A DNA stretch of 64,000 nt from Selaginella moellendorffii (GCF_000143415.4 NW_003314370.1:365517-429516), one strand, 5' to 3'; shown: positions 1-11,057, counted from the first letter of the stretch. Notes: generated by a model from the letters alone, not told the origin. Numbers and translations are program-made.

Positions 1-4
1 AAAC

Positions 5-810
5 ATCCCTTTATAGTGTAGATAATGTCCAAAGACTATTTCGAATAAGGAAAATGTTTAAAAGAATATAAGTTCTTCGACACAATTAATGGTTATTTGT
101 TAAAAAAAGAATACTAAGAACAAAAGACATATAGCCACTTTCATACATACTAGGAAAGCCTTCAGAAAACAAACCTAATGTTCTTGACCTAGTTATTAAT
201 AAGGGCCCAAGAAAAATAACCTCTTCCATATGCAACTTTTGAGGTTAAAATATCCCTTTGCAGCATAAATAATGTCTAAGGATTTTTTCAAATAAGGAGA
301 AAAATCAAAAGAACATAATTTTCTTGACACAGTTAATGGTTATTTATTAGAAAAAACACTACAAATAAAAGACAAATAGCCTCTTCTATACGTAATTGTG
401 TTTTTTAGTGTTTTTCTTGTTGAAAAATCCCTTTAGCTAGCATAAAAAATGGCTATTTACTATGGCAAACTTAAAAATAAAGATTAATGACAAATAATAA
501 CTTTTATTTACTTTTTTTTTCTTGGGCTTTCAGAATCTTATATTGTGGACAAGAAACCATTAGTATTTACCATATATGAGTTTGAGGATTTTTTTGGTTG
601 AAATATCTATTTAGCTAGCATTGGAAACTTGTAATGAGTGTTGCAAACAAAAAATATAATCAAAATCCTACATAAAACAAACTTAATTTTCTTGATGCTC
701 CATTGTTAAATAGCCAAAAGTAACACTAAAAACTAATAATAGTTAGTTTCTTTTGGGCATAATTTTGTTTTTTGGTATCTTTTTGGTTGAAATATCCCTT
801 TGGCTTAACT
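5..810. repeat. Degenerate AT-rich tandem repeat (units about 175-250 bp)
   Basis: The block starting atccctt at 5 recurs at 252 with about 140 bp alignable (ataatgtc..aataagga..gacaca.ttaatggttattt..aaaagaca.atagcc). More degenerate unit starts (ttgaaa.atc.cttt.gct) occur near 420, 598 and 788. Confidence 0.6.
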
Positions 811-2099
811 CTCAACCTGTCTCTCTCATGGCACAGCTATGACTTCAAAGCTATACAATTGTCAAGCTTTATAGCTCTTGATAATCTATTCTATTTTAAA
901 ATCTTTTCTTTCTTCTTGGTTAAAAGTAGTACTATGTACCAATTACTAGTTTTGGCTTCCATGTGTTAATGGTTAATTAATAATACTCATAAGTGGTAGC
1001 AACCCCAAGAAAACCTTAAAGGAGATGTATATATGGCTTGTGTATTAAGCCTTAAAACTATGTTTTCCAACTTGCACAATATTTGGTTTTTGGTAATTTG
1101 TAATACTTGTAATTAGTAGCAGCCCCGAGAAAACCTAGCCTAGTGATAATGGCACTCTCGACATTCATCTCTCCCATGGCACAACTATCCTTTCACAATG
1201 GCTATAAAGTTATTAAGTTTCATAGTTGTCAATATTCTATTCCAAAGTGCTTCAAGCTTCTTCTAGACTATGATGCAGATAGTGATAGAGTCCTTGCCTT
1301 TAGGAGCGAAAATGATTTAGCATTGAATGTCATGAGCAGCATTGCATCTGATTTATTAGATGATAGTTGCTATTTTCCTGCACTTGATTATTATCATCTT
1401 GTAGTGATGATGAGTTCCAGTGTGCTTTCTGATATGGTGAGTAAAATGGTAAAAGCTCCTCAAGAATGGTTCTGCTTGCTAAAGCTTGACATTTAGAAGA
1501 TATATTGTCTATCTGGCTTTGGTTTCATCATTTATAACTCAGACAAATAAGTCTCTTGTCTTTGCTTCTAGTTTTTTGGTCTTTAATTTTGTTTTGGGCT
1601 ATTAGTTTTCCACAAAATAGAAATATCTAATAGGTATCTTTTTGAAGAGGAGAAATGGCTGAAGGTTTTGGAGCAACTCTTAGCTTCAAACAATTTAGCT
1701 ATTTTTTAAACAAAATGCAAAGATTATATTTGCAAGGGTAAGCTTTTTCACTCATTTGTTTCTGCATTGTTTTACTTCATATGTTTTTGTAGAAACAATT
1801 AAGCTTGTTGTACTTATTGTTGACATTGAATCAACTAAACATCAAAAGAAATTTGACTTTTTGTAGTACTTTTTTACAATGGCTTCCAAGAATGGCAAAC
1901 ACACTATTAAGGTTAACCACTACATCAACTAATGTCTAGTGTTTTGGATCTTTCTTCTGTGATCCTAGATTGCAAGTTTTCCTTGGCATTCATTGCAAGT
2001 AAATTTTCAGTTTATTATTACTATTTGTGCTATTTCTTCTATTCTTAAGTTTTTTTTTTCAGCATGGACGAAGACACTACCTAAAAAAGGGTAAAACAA

Positions 2100-4039
2100 A
2101 GAATTGTGCAATGCAATCACAAAAGTTCAAAAAGCAAAGGTCAAAAAACTTATTTTTGGAGCATTAAATCTTAACAACACAAATAACACTGATCAAGTAC
2201 CCTTGATTGTGGCTTGTGCAGTAGGTGATCAAACTATTATTAAACTGTTATTACAAAAAGGGGTAAACAAAAACTTTAAAAGTATTCAAAATGGCTTTTT
2301 CTAATATATGTTGATACTTTTGGCTTTACAAATGCTTTTGGAATGTTCCCGTACCTTGAGGCAATCAAGTATTGCTTGCCATTCAATCTTATTGAAGACC
2401 TCTCATTAGCACCAGCATTGGTTAGTATAAGTGACATTGTAGATAACTTGTCACACACCACGGGTTTCATGGATGAAAACAAAAAGTAGACTAGAAAAAA
2501 CATATATGGGAGCTAAAGTGAGTTTTTGAACAAATTCTAAGTGCCTCTGACGATGATAAGCCTAACCATTTACAACAATCAATAACTACTCAAGAGATGG
2601 CGAGTTTCCTACTAGCACTAGGAAGTCCATAAAGCTGGGAAAATTTGGAAAATTTAAAAATCTATTGAAGTAGCAGGATGTTTTAGTTGTTAGTAATTAA
2701 AGACCATGTACTACTTTAGATACCTAAAGCCAAGTTTGAGCTATATTTGAAAATTAATCTATAAGGCTCATCCGTTATAAAAAGATAACCGTTAGGAATT
2801 TGAAGCACCATTAACTATTTACTATTACCTTATTTCAGTTGTTTAGTGGTGAGAGATAAGGTTTAGGGCAAGGATATTTCATAGAACTTGTTGGAAGGTG
2901 AGGGCAATAGCGTTGGAAGGGAGCTAAAGATCAGCCACTTGCAAGATCTAACCTACATTTCAGGATGGGTAAAATCCCCAATCACATAGATAGGAAGACT
3001 ACATTTTTTTTAAGACACAACGGTGCAAAAGGATGCCTATTGAAGGTTTTTGATCTTGGTTTTTTCTCAACTTTTGTTGATCAATGGGCTGTTCATTTAT
3101 GGCATCTACTTAAAGATGCACAAAGCTACCGATCAAGATCCTCAATAGAAAGCTCAAGCACCCCTCATTACTGCTTTTTTTCAAAGATGCATAATAGTGA
3201 AAGGGTTTTTGGTCTTTGGTTTAAAGCATAGTTTCTCATCTTTGGCAATTTTTTAGTGATGCGCAAAGTTGTCTCGGCCAAGGAGGATGTCGACACATTT
3301 AGTGATGTAGATGAGTGGCAATGTCTTGAGGGTGGAGATGACAAACCATACATGTGCAAGCTCGAGAATGTCCTTACATACCCCCTAAAGGGATTTTGTG
3401 ACAAGCAATTTTTCAACAAAGCAGCTTTAAATCAGCATAGAATCAAATTCCACAACCGTGAAATCGTAAGTTTTTTTATGTTTTTTTTCTTTTCAATACT
3501 TTTTTTTTTCTAGTTGACAATGCTAAAATCTGGAAATGGACATGGGAGGAAGAGTAAGCAAGAGTCCTCTTCCAAGAAATACCAGGTAAAGAAATTTTAT
3601 TCCTCAAAACTTACATTCAAATTTTTATACAAATTTTTATTATGCAGACATTAGAAGACCAAGTGTGGGTTCACAATGAAGCGCTGCCACGCAGATTGGA
3701 GAACCAAAAGTTGAAGCTTCTAAACATGAAGTATAGCCATATCAAAGATGAAGACACCCGAAAAATTAAAATCCTGCAAGATCTAAAAACATGGAAAAAA
3801 CACTATACTGATTTAATGCTGGAAAATGACAAGAAGAAGCAGGATAGGCGACTACGTGCTGCTCAACGTGAGCAAGAACTGGTAATTGTCTTGTTGTCTA
3901 AAATGTTTTTATTCTATTATTTCTGCAGAGAAAGAGGAAACAAGAAATAAGGAAAAAGAGAGAAGAACAGAAGAAGAAAAAAATTAAGCATGAGGACAAC
4001 CATTATCATGATGAAGAGGTGAAGCAAGAAAGTTTTTAA
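2100..4039 (+). pseudogene. Decayed multi-exon gene with ankyrin repeats, a C2H2 zinc finger and a Lys-rich coiled coil
   Basis: 2104-2304 gives ankyrin-like VPLIVACAVGDQTIIKLLLQKGVNKN followed by a stop/frameshift. 3256-3465 gives YMCK..CDKQFFNKAALNQHRIKFH (C2H2) followed by a GT donor. Spliceable exons run through 3514-4039. AT-rich, with stops between the blocks; they may not form a single gene. Confidence 0.4.
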
Positions 4040-4437
4040 CCATCTTGTCTTAAACGGAGCTACCCTGACAATATAAAGTATAACTTTTTTCAAATTCTTG
4101 TAATTGAACCCAAGAAAAAGAGAAAATCTGGACTGCAAAGGACCAAGCCAATCAAAGTTATTGATCTTCAGATTGTTCTTTAAAAATGAATGCTGCTGTG
4201 GGCTTTGGGACGTCGTATGCTTCGGACAAAAGCTTTGCTGACCAAGGGCCTTCGTTTCTTCTGCAACTCTCGCGGCTTTTTGCTGAGATGCTCGTTACCA
4301 TGTAAATCCATGTACAAAGTGATCAATCGAGCGCCTACAGTCGCAAAATCTCACAGTCGCGATGGTGACCAACTTTTTCGTCACTAGCAAACGGCTGTCT
4401 GTCTCCTTTGATCCTCTTGGTTCTGTCCCTGCCGGCG

Positions 4438-6693
4438 CTAGCAAAACCCGGATAGCACCACAAACGGGCTAGATCTCCTGGAATCCAACTCGTGCGCTTT
4501 GCACGCGGCCCAGGCCCCGCGCTCCATATCGTTGTGAGCTTTACACGCATTGAGCAGAGCCGTCCACGCGCTTATATGGGGCCGCACTGGCATGCTCGCG
4601 ATCAGCTCCTCGGCCTCGTCGATCCAACCAGCCCGGCAAAAGAGATCCACCAAGCAGCCAAAGTGAGCCGGGACAGCCTCAACCTGGTAGTCTTCCACCA
4701 TGCCCGAGTAAAACTCTCTCGCTCGATCCAGGAGTCCGAGGTGGCTGCAAGCAAACAGCGCGCACAGCAGCGTCACGCCGTCCGGCCGCGTCCCACTCAG
4801 CTCCATTCTCTCGTAGAGCTTGAGAGCATCGGTGGCATGGCCGTGCTGGGCATAAGCACCGATCAGCGAGTTCCATGTCGCCACCGTTGTAGTCTTCATC
4901 CCCTGGAACACCGCTTCCGCCTCTGCGAACTTTCCACACTTGCCGTACATGTTTACCACGGCCGTCGCTACAAAAACATCCGTGACCATCGTCGTCCCCT
5001 CCACAAGCCTGTGAATCTTCCGGCCTTCGGCGAGGTTCTCGACGCTGGTGCACGCGTCCAGAGCACAGACGAGAGCCACCGCGTCTGGCCTGACGCCTTC
5101 CACGACCATTTCCCTGTAGAGATCCAGAGCCCTGCCACCGTAGCCGTGTTCTACCATCCCCATGATCATGCAAGTCCAGCTGACGACGCTCCGCCTCTTC
5201 ATTCTCTCAAACACCGCGACGGAGTCCTCCAGGCTAAACTTGTTGTAGGCTGTTATCAGAGTGTTGCCGACTTGTTCGTCCTGTTCCAGGCCCTGATCCG
5301 CAAGCTCTTGATGGATTTCCCTGAGCTGTTCTAAGCTGGAGCAAGCCGGAAGCAGGCTCAAGTACGTGACGGAGTTTGGCTGAAGCCCCGCTTTCTTCAT
5401 TCGCCTGTACAGATCTACGGCCTCTTTGCAATGCCCGAGCTGGGAACAAGCCGTAACCATTGCGTTCCATGTCACGTCACTTCGCTGTTTCATCCCCTCG
5501 AATACAGCCCTGGCATCTTCCACACTGCCGCACTTCCCGTACATGTTGAGCAGCGCAGTCTCGAGAACGACCCCAGGTGTGATTCTACTGTCCACAATCT
5601 GTCGGTGGACCTGTCTGCCATCTTCGAGGGACTCCCGGCTGTTGAATGCCCCCAGAATAACTGTGAATGTCACCGAGTCGGGAGCTACGTCCATTCTCTT
5701 GAAAAGCTCGAAGGCTTCTTTCCTGTGTCCCTGTTGAATGTAAACTGACATGAGAGCATTCCACGAGATCACGTCCCGGAAAGCAATCCTGTCAAACACT
5801 CTCTTTGCATCGCTCAAGCTCCCACACTTCCCAAACATGTTCACCAGTGCATTTCCAACGAATTTGTCCCTCTCGAGCCCTGCAGAGACAACGTCCTGGT
5901 GAATAAGCCGTCCGCTTTCAAGAGTGCAAGCGTGTAAAACGTTGAGAAAAGTTACCCTGTCCGGCTTCAAGTTCATGTCATAGTAAAGCTCTAGCGCCTC
6001 CGAGAAGTGCCCATTCTGGGCATATGCGGCAATCATCACGTTCCAGCAGACAACATTCTTCACAGGGATCCGGTCGAAAATCTTCCTGGCTTCTTCAGCA
6101 CTGCCGCATCTGCCATACATGTTCATGAGCGCAGAGTCAAGGATCAGACTAGACTCCAGCCCACTCTCAACAAAACGCGAATGAAACTGCTTACCTTCTT
6201 CCAAACTCCCCACCAAGGAGCAAGCAGTAGCAGCTGTAACGAAGGTGACTCTGTCTGCGCGGATTCCGTGAACATCAACCATCTGCTTGAACAATTCCAG
6301 AGCCTGATCTCCAGACCCATTGTTGCAGTAGGCACCCAGCATGAGGTTCCACGAAAAGCAGCTGCTTCTCTTTATCGAGTTGAAGACGGCTCTGGCTTCT
6401 TCCACACTCCCACACTTGCCGTACATCTCCACCAGCGTGTTGTCCACTGCCTTGAGCTGCCCGTTCGCGACAAGGTGCCGATGGATGCGCCTGACGTCGT
6501 CGAGAGACTTGTGATCCCCCGCTTGCCGGAGAAGTGATGCGTACGTAGCCGAATCGATCTCCATGCTTTGCTCGTCTAGCAATTCGAGAGCACTCTGGAG
6601 CTGCTTCAAACAACCCATCTTGCTGCTGCTGGTAGCTCTGGCTGTCGAAGATGGTGGTGACTTTCTTACGATGTTACTTGCCCATTTCCGCAT
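4438..6693 (-). CDS. PLS-class pentatricopeptide repeat protein with truncated E domain (organellar RNA-editing factor type)
   Basis: Intronless 751 aa ORF. Repeated LVxMYGKCGSxxxAxxVF / VxWNxMIxAY / PDxVTF motifs. Ends WTALLNACKAHND..SSPFVVLSGFC; no DYW domain. Confidence 0.93.
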   Translation of the reverse strand: MRKWASNIVRKSPPSSTARATSSSKMGCLKQLQSALELLDEQSMEIDSATYASLLRQAGDHKSLDDVRRIHRHLVANGQLKAVDNTLVEMYGKCGSVEEARAVFNSIKRSSCFSWNLMLGAYCNNGSGDQALELFKQMVDVHGIRADRVTFVTAATACSLVGSLEEGKQFHSRFVESGLESSLILDSALMNMYGRCGSAEEARKIFDRIPVKNVVCWNVMIAAYAQNGHFSEALELYYDMNLKPDRVTFLNVLHACTLESGRLIHQDVVSAGLERDKFVGNALVNMFGKCGSLSDAKRVFDRIAFRDVISWNALMSVYIQQGHRKEAFELFKRMDVAPDSVTFTVILGAFNSRESLEDGRQVHRQIVDSRITPGVVLETALLNMYGKCGSVEDARAVFEGMKQRSDVTWNAMVTACSQLGHCKEAVDLYRRMKKAGLQPNSVTYLSLLPACSSLEQLREIHQELADQGLEQDEQVGNTLITAYNKFSLEDSVAVFERMKRRSVVSWTCMIMGMVEHGYGGRALDLYREMVVEGVRPDAVALVCALDACTSVENLAEGRKIHRLVEGTTMVTDVFVATAVVNMYGKCGKFAEAEAVFQGMKTTTVATWNSLIGAYAQHGHATDALKLYERMELSGTRPDGVTLLCALFACSHLGLLDRAREFYSGMVEDYQVEAVPAHFGCLVDLFCRAGWIDEAEELIASMPVRPHISAWTALLNACKAHNDMERGAWAACKAHELDSRRSSPFVVLSGFC

Positions 6694-6811
6694 CAGCAGG
6701 ATGTCTACTTGCTTGAACCATAGGCTAGATAAAAAGAAGAGAAAGAAACAATGTGGTCATTTTACCCAAACTCCAAACTCAAGATGTTTACCATGATTTT
6801 CTCAAGATTTT

Positions 6812-8069
6812 CTAGTTGTCGGTCTCTTCCTCGGCTTGTGCAGCAGGCAAAAAGTATGTATCCAGTTGCCAGTATTTCTCTCGGACCCCTTCCCAGGTCT
6901 TCTCGTCCAGGCAGCTCCTCACTGGCAAAGGAATGAACTGAGTGGTGAGACCGATCTGTGCAAGTTCCAACGCCACCAGCTGACAGTAAACAACGTGAAA
7001 GAACGCATTGTGTCCGCACAGACCATTGAAGTAGGAGTAGATTCCTCCAGGCTTCAAGAGTTTTGGTAGCTGGGAGTGGAACTCTCGCATATCTTCGTAG
7101 TACTCCCCGTAAGTGTCAAAGAAAATCCCTGTGTAACAAGATTTTTAGCTGCAAGTAAAGCGAGATGGAACTTACCATCATACTGTCCCAGCTCGGAAAT
7201 AACATCTTGCCATCGCCCGAAGACAATTCGAACGTTCGCCTTCTCTTTCCAGCCTGTGGAGATCATTCGAGCGTAAACATCTGGATGCGCTTCGATGATC
7301 GTGTGAGACGATGGATTGTAGCTCTGGATCGCAGTGTCGACGAGTCCCATGCCAAAGCCGACGTTGAGAATGTCGTCACCACCGCAGCAAACCGCCTTAG
7401 CGTGAGCTTCCATAAGAGGTCTCTCCCACGCCATCATAACGCCCTCACTCTCCTCGTTCACCAGCTTTCCTTCACTAAAACTTAGCCGAGCTTCCAAGTA
7501 GTCCTTGTTGGAAAATTCGCTGTTCTTGGTGGTTTGTCTCGAGGCCGCTCCAAGCACGAGCTCAGCTTTCACGCCTTCAAGGAAAAGGAAAGAAATATAT
7601 CGATCACATTGGCAGGGAAATCGCAAAATCGAGCAAGAAATCCATGGAAACAAGAAAAACTAGGGAAGAACAATACCGGCATCGAGAGGATGATCACATT
7701 GGCAGGGAGATCGCAAAATCGAGCAAGAAATCCATGAAAACAAGAAAATCTAGGGGGGAAATCGCAAAATCGAGCAAGAAAAATCTAGGGAAGAGCAATA
7801 CCGGCATCAAGAAGGATGTCGTAGCAATCCTGGTGACCCGCGTCCATGGCATAATCTCCAGCGCAGCGTCCGGATCGATCCAACGCGTTCCAGGGAGCGC
7901 CGGCATTCAAGACAACACGCACTACCTCGGAATGCCCAGCTTTTGCCGCGGCGATGAGCGGCGTGAGACCTGTAGATGGATTCGCGTAGCTTGCATCCCC
8001 GCCGGCTCGAATCAGCTCTCGCAGCTCCGTGGCATCGCCCCGCGCCGCGGCATCGAGCAGCGCATCCAT
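6812..8069 (-). CDS. RMT2: Ankyrin-repeat protein arginine N-methyltransferase (RMT2/PRMT2-like), 3 exons
   Basis: Exon 1 (8069-7802) has ankyrin TPLIAAAKAGHSEVVRVVL..GAPWNALD. Exon 2 (from 7574) has VMMAWERPLM, ILNVGFGMGLVD, HTIIEAHPDVY, GRWQD. Exon 3 has LLKPGGIYSYFNGL..YWQLDTYFLP. Introns are GT-AG. Confidence 0.9.
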
Positions 8070-8164
8070 AATCTCTCGCGAATGAAACAACTCTACCTAG
8101 GGTTCTTGGAGGGGATGAGATGTTTTGAAAAAAATTTGGATGATACATTTGCGCGAGACCTCGA

Positions 8165-8626
8165 TCACTCTTCCATGGCGATTGCCGCTGGTGCTGGCTC
8201 CGGCGCTGGCGATCCTTCGGTGGTGGAATCAGCTGGCTTGGGAGGCAGTGGCGTCGGCGGCAGCCCTCGACCCTTGTTGCGCTTTCGGGGCCGCGACTGG
8301 CATCGCAAATCGATCGATTGGAGGTCTCAACCAGTGAATCTAGAAAGAAGAAAAGGAGCTTACATTCCCAAACGAGTGCCTGAATCGCTTCCCTTTGGCT
8401 GTGCGCTTGTCGCCCCTTCCACAGTAGACTGTTTCCATCAATCGTCAATCGATCAAATCGAGAGAGATAGAGAGAGAGCATTGTAGAGCAAGAACGAACC
8501 AGATGGATAACACGAAATAGATGGAACGCAAGCGAGCTGTGCCGGCCGCGTTGGCGCGTGAATTGCCAGGGCGCTGGAGCTGCCAGCGAGGAATGCTGCT
8601 CGATTAGACGCCATGGCCGTGGCCAT
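8165..8626 (-). CDS. PSRP4: Plastid 30S ribosomal protein S31 / PSRP4 (bTHX), 3 exons
   Basis: Manual splice 8626-8500, 8428-8364, 8296-8165 gives a transit peptide [15 protein letters not shown].. followed by [22 protein letters not shown]|[19 protein letters not shown], the Thx/PSRP4 core. Not visible as a single ORF in the track. Confidence 0.88.
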
Positions 8627-8742
8627 CGCTGGAACCTCCAAATTCCAATCCCTTGTCTTGTGAGAAATCCCTCATCCAATCCATTAGACATTATTTCTCA
8701 TTAAGCAGTATGAGTTACACAAGAGAAGGCTTCACACAAGTG

Positions 8743-8826
8743 GTCAGGATGGCCGAGTGGTCTAAGGCGCCAGACTCAAGTTCTGGTCCTCTTACGAGGG
8801 CGTGGGTTCGAACCCCACTTCTGACA
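8743..8826 (+). tRNA. trnL-CAA: tRNA-Leu (anticodon CAA)
   Basis: GTCAGGATGGCCGAGTGGTCTAAGGCGCCAGACTCAAGTTCTGG..GGTTCGAACCCCACTTCTGACA: A box, B box, long variable arm, acceptor stem GTCAGGA/TTCTGAC. A T-run Pol III terminator follows at about 8834-8842. Confidence 0.97.
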
Positions 8827-8914
8827 AATACGATTTTTTTTTCACGTTTAAAGTTTTGTTTACCTCAAAGTTAATCTCATTGATGCATTGTGTCTCCCAC
8901 TTCCTTTCTCTGCA

Positions 8915-10352
8915 ATGAATCAAGCACTCCAGTCATACATTTATAATCCCAATGCAAGTCTCCCCAAGATCAAAAGAACAGCAATTGTGAGAGCTCAAGA
9001 CACTTCCAAGCCCATTTTGGCTGGATCAAGGTAATGAAATGCATTGTCAACTCTTTCCTTGATTGAAAGATCTCCCCGTACTCGTGTGAAGATCACAAAA
9101 GCCAATCTCTACTTCTGGACAACGGTATGCGTCAAGAGAGAAGTATCAATTTGATTTCTCAAAGAGTTCCTCTTTTTTGCTAGATCTGAGGATGTTTTCA
9201 AAAGCTCCAGCCCGATTTCTACTAATCTCAGGTGAGTGGTAGCTCTTCCCAAAAGATACTGCTCATGGCAATCGACTTCTCTGCATAAGATTTGACAGGT
9301 TTTTGGGGCTGGCATCACTCACAAGGCCGGACGATGTTGTCCCGTCCTTGATGCTGAGCTTGGGAGGGAGCTGGATGACCGCAAACTTAAGCCTGGAGTT
9401 TATCAATCTTCCATTGGTGTGGACGACCGCTCTTTGCAGCGCTTGCATCGCCGGGGCCTCTATGCTCGCCAACGATTGCTACGATCACAGCAATGGGACC
9501 GACGCGCTCAACAAGCGAGAGTCAGCGCTCGAGAGTGGCCAATTGGAAGTAGCTCACGTAAGAATATTATAGTCACATTCATTAAGAATTCTAATAGCAG
9601 TTTGATTCGTCAAGGTTGCATTGGCTAGTGGATGTATCTATGGCGCCGCTTTGCTGGGAGCTTGTTACTTGGAGACTCTAAATGCGAGGCTTTTGGTCGC
9701 CACCTCGGCTTTGATAACTTTCATCTATACACCTTTGTTCAAGAAGGTGACGATAGTGAAGAATTTGGTGGTGGCAGCTGTGGTAGCGAGCTCTATTCTC
9801 GCTGGAGGCTTGGCAATCACAGGTGAATTGATAGATCACACAAGGATCTTGCAAGGATCCTTTCAAGTCATAATATGAATTACATCTCTTTTGTAGGAGA
9901 TGCTGCAAGTTTTCCGATGAGAACTTACGCCTCCACTCTCTACATCTTCCTCTCGATTTTGGGGCGTGAGATTCTCAAGGACGTGGTAGATGTGGATGGT
10001 GATCGAGTCACGGGTGTGAGAACTTTCCCGGTTATCTTTGGAAGGGAGCTTGGGATAGTTTTATCCGGAGCATGCTCTCTGGGAGCAAATGTTTTCCTGG
10101 TAAAATGGTTTTAATTATCACAAAGTAAAAATGCTCTAACCAGAGATAATATTCATGCAGGCGAAGCTTTTGTGGTCCAACTCTTCACACTTTGTGTTGC
10201 TCATTGCGATGGTGAACTCGTTTCCAATGCATTTTAAGCTGCTTAAACTACTCATGCTTAGCAATGGCGATGCTAATGTGGAAAGCGTGGTCAAGCTGGA
10301 TACAAAGTTTACAATGGCATTTGGTCTCTATCTCCTCGCCATAGCAGTATAA
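8915..10352 (+). CDS. UbiA-superfamily prenyltransferase, DGGGP-synthase-like, probable plastid transit peptide, about 7 exons
   Basis: LASLTRP helix, Asp-rich motif 1 NDCYDHSNGTDALNK, YTPLFKKVTIVKNLVVA, motif 2 REILKDVVDVDGDRVTGVRTFPVIFG, and multiple TM segments. An open spliced frame can be built from ATG 8915 (exons about 8915-9030, 9092-9124, 9185-9231, 9299-9557, 9616-9822, 9897-10099, 10161-10352). Confidence 0.82.
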
Positions 10353-10705
10353 AGTAATTCAATTAACTAATGCTGTAAGAGATCCACAAACTTTATCGGT
10401 CAGCTTGAGCGCAAAGCAGAACATTGAGATCGGGTAGAGCAACAAAGCTGTAGAACTCTATATGGTAGCTTGTGTGTGACTGACCAGGTCTGACCATTTT
10501 GTTTGAAGCTCAGAGATAAGGCCAAGAAACTAGCTTTGATGGTTTCTCTTCATCTATGCAGCCTGTCCTGAAACGATTGAATTTTCACAGTGGAATCTTC
10601 GTCAGTCGATCCAATTTGTCTTTGTATAAACAAAGGTGAATATAAGCAGAAGGAAAGGAAAAGAGAAACACGGCAGGTTAGTCGCTCTCAGTTCTTCCAC
10701 AGGAG

Positions 10706-10853
10706 CAAATGCATTAGTAGACTGTGGTGGCTTCCTTATGTCTCGCATAGATCCTTCTTAAATGACAACATACTCAGAAAAAAAGGCCTTCCACTCTCAG
10801 GATCTCTGCAAGACTTGAGGAAACCACCACAGTCTACGATTTTAATACACTTG
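10706..10853 (-). ncRNA. Candidate miRNA-like precursor hairpin
   Basis: 39-bp inverted repeat (10717-10755 vs 10799-10837) with a 43-nt loop, plus an 11-bp basal stem (10706-10716 vs 10843-10853). On the minus strand, 4 of the 7 non-Watson-Crick positions become G:U pairs. Confidence 0.5.
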
Positions 10854-11057
10854 AAACATATTCGCTTGTAAGTCTTGCAGTGATTTGTTGCAATACACTT
10901 CGATCTTCTTATATAGCGGTCTCTTTGTGAGACCAACAATAACGTACTCACTTTCTTGTCTTCTTTTCCTTCAGTTCAGTCGCTTCCACAACAAGTCTTA
11001 GACAGATCCCTGTTCTATGTGCTTTGAAACAAATAGCCAGTCGCAGAATACACAAAG

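Noticed and set aside
2860-3231. Kinase-like fragments (LGQGYF, KVFDLG)
   Set aside because: No HRD/APE or catalytic Lys context; too short to support.
7600-7800. Short spaced repeats that superficially resemble a CRISPR array (also 62410-62500)
   Set aside because: Eukaryotic intron duplications; spacers are not unique, spacing is irregular and there are no cas genes.
7644-8691. Long overlapping ORFs 7644-8486 (+) and 7807-8691 (-)
   Set aside because: Explained by the spliced PSRP4 and RMT2 genes in other frames.
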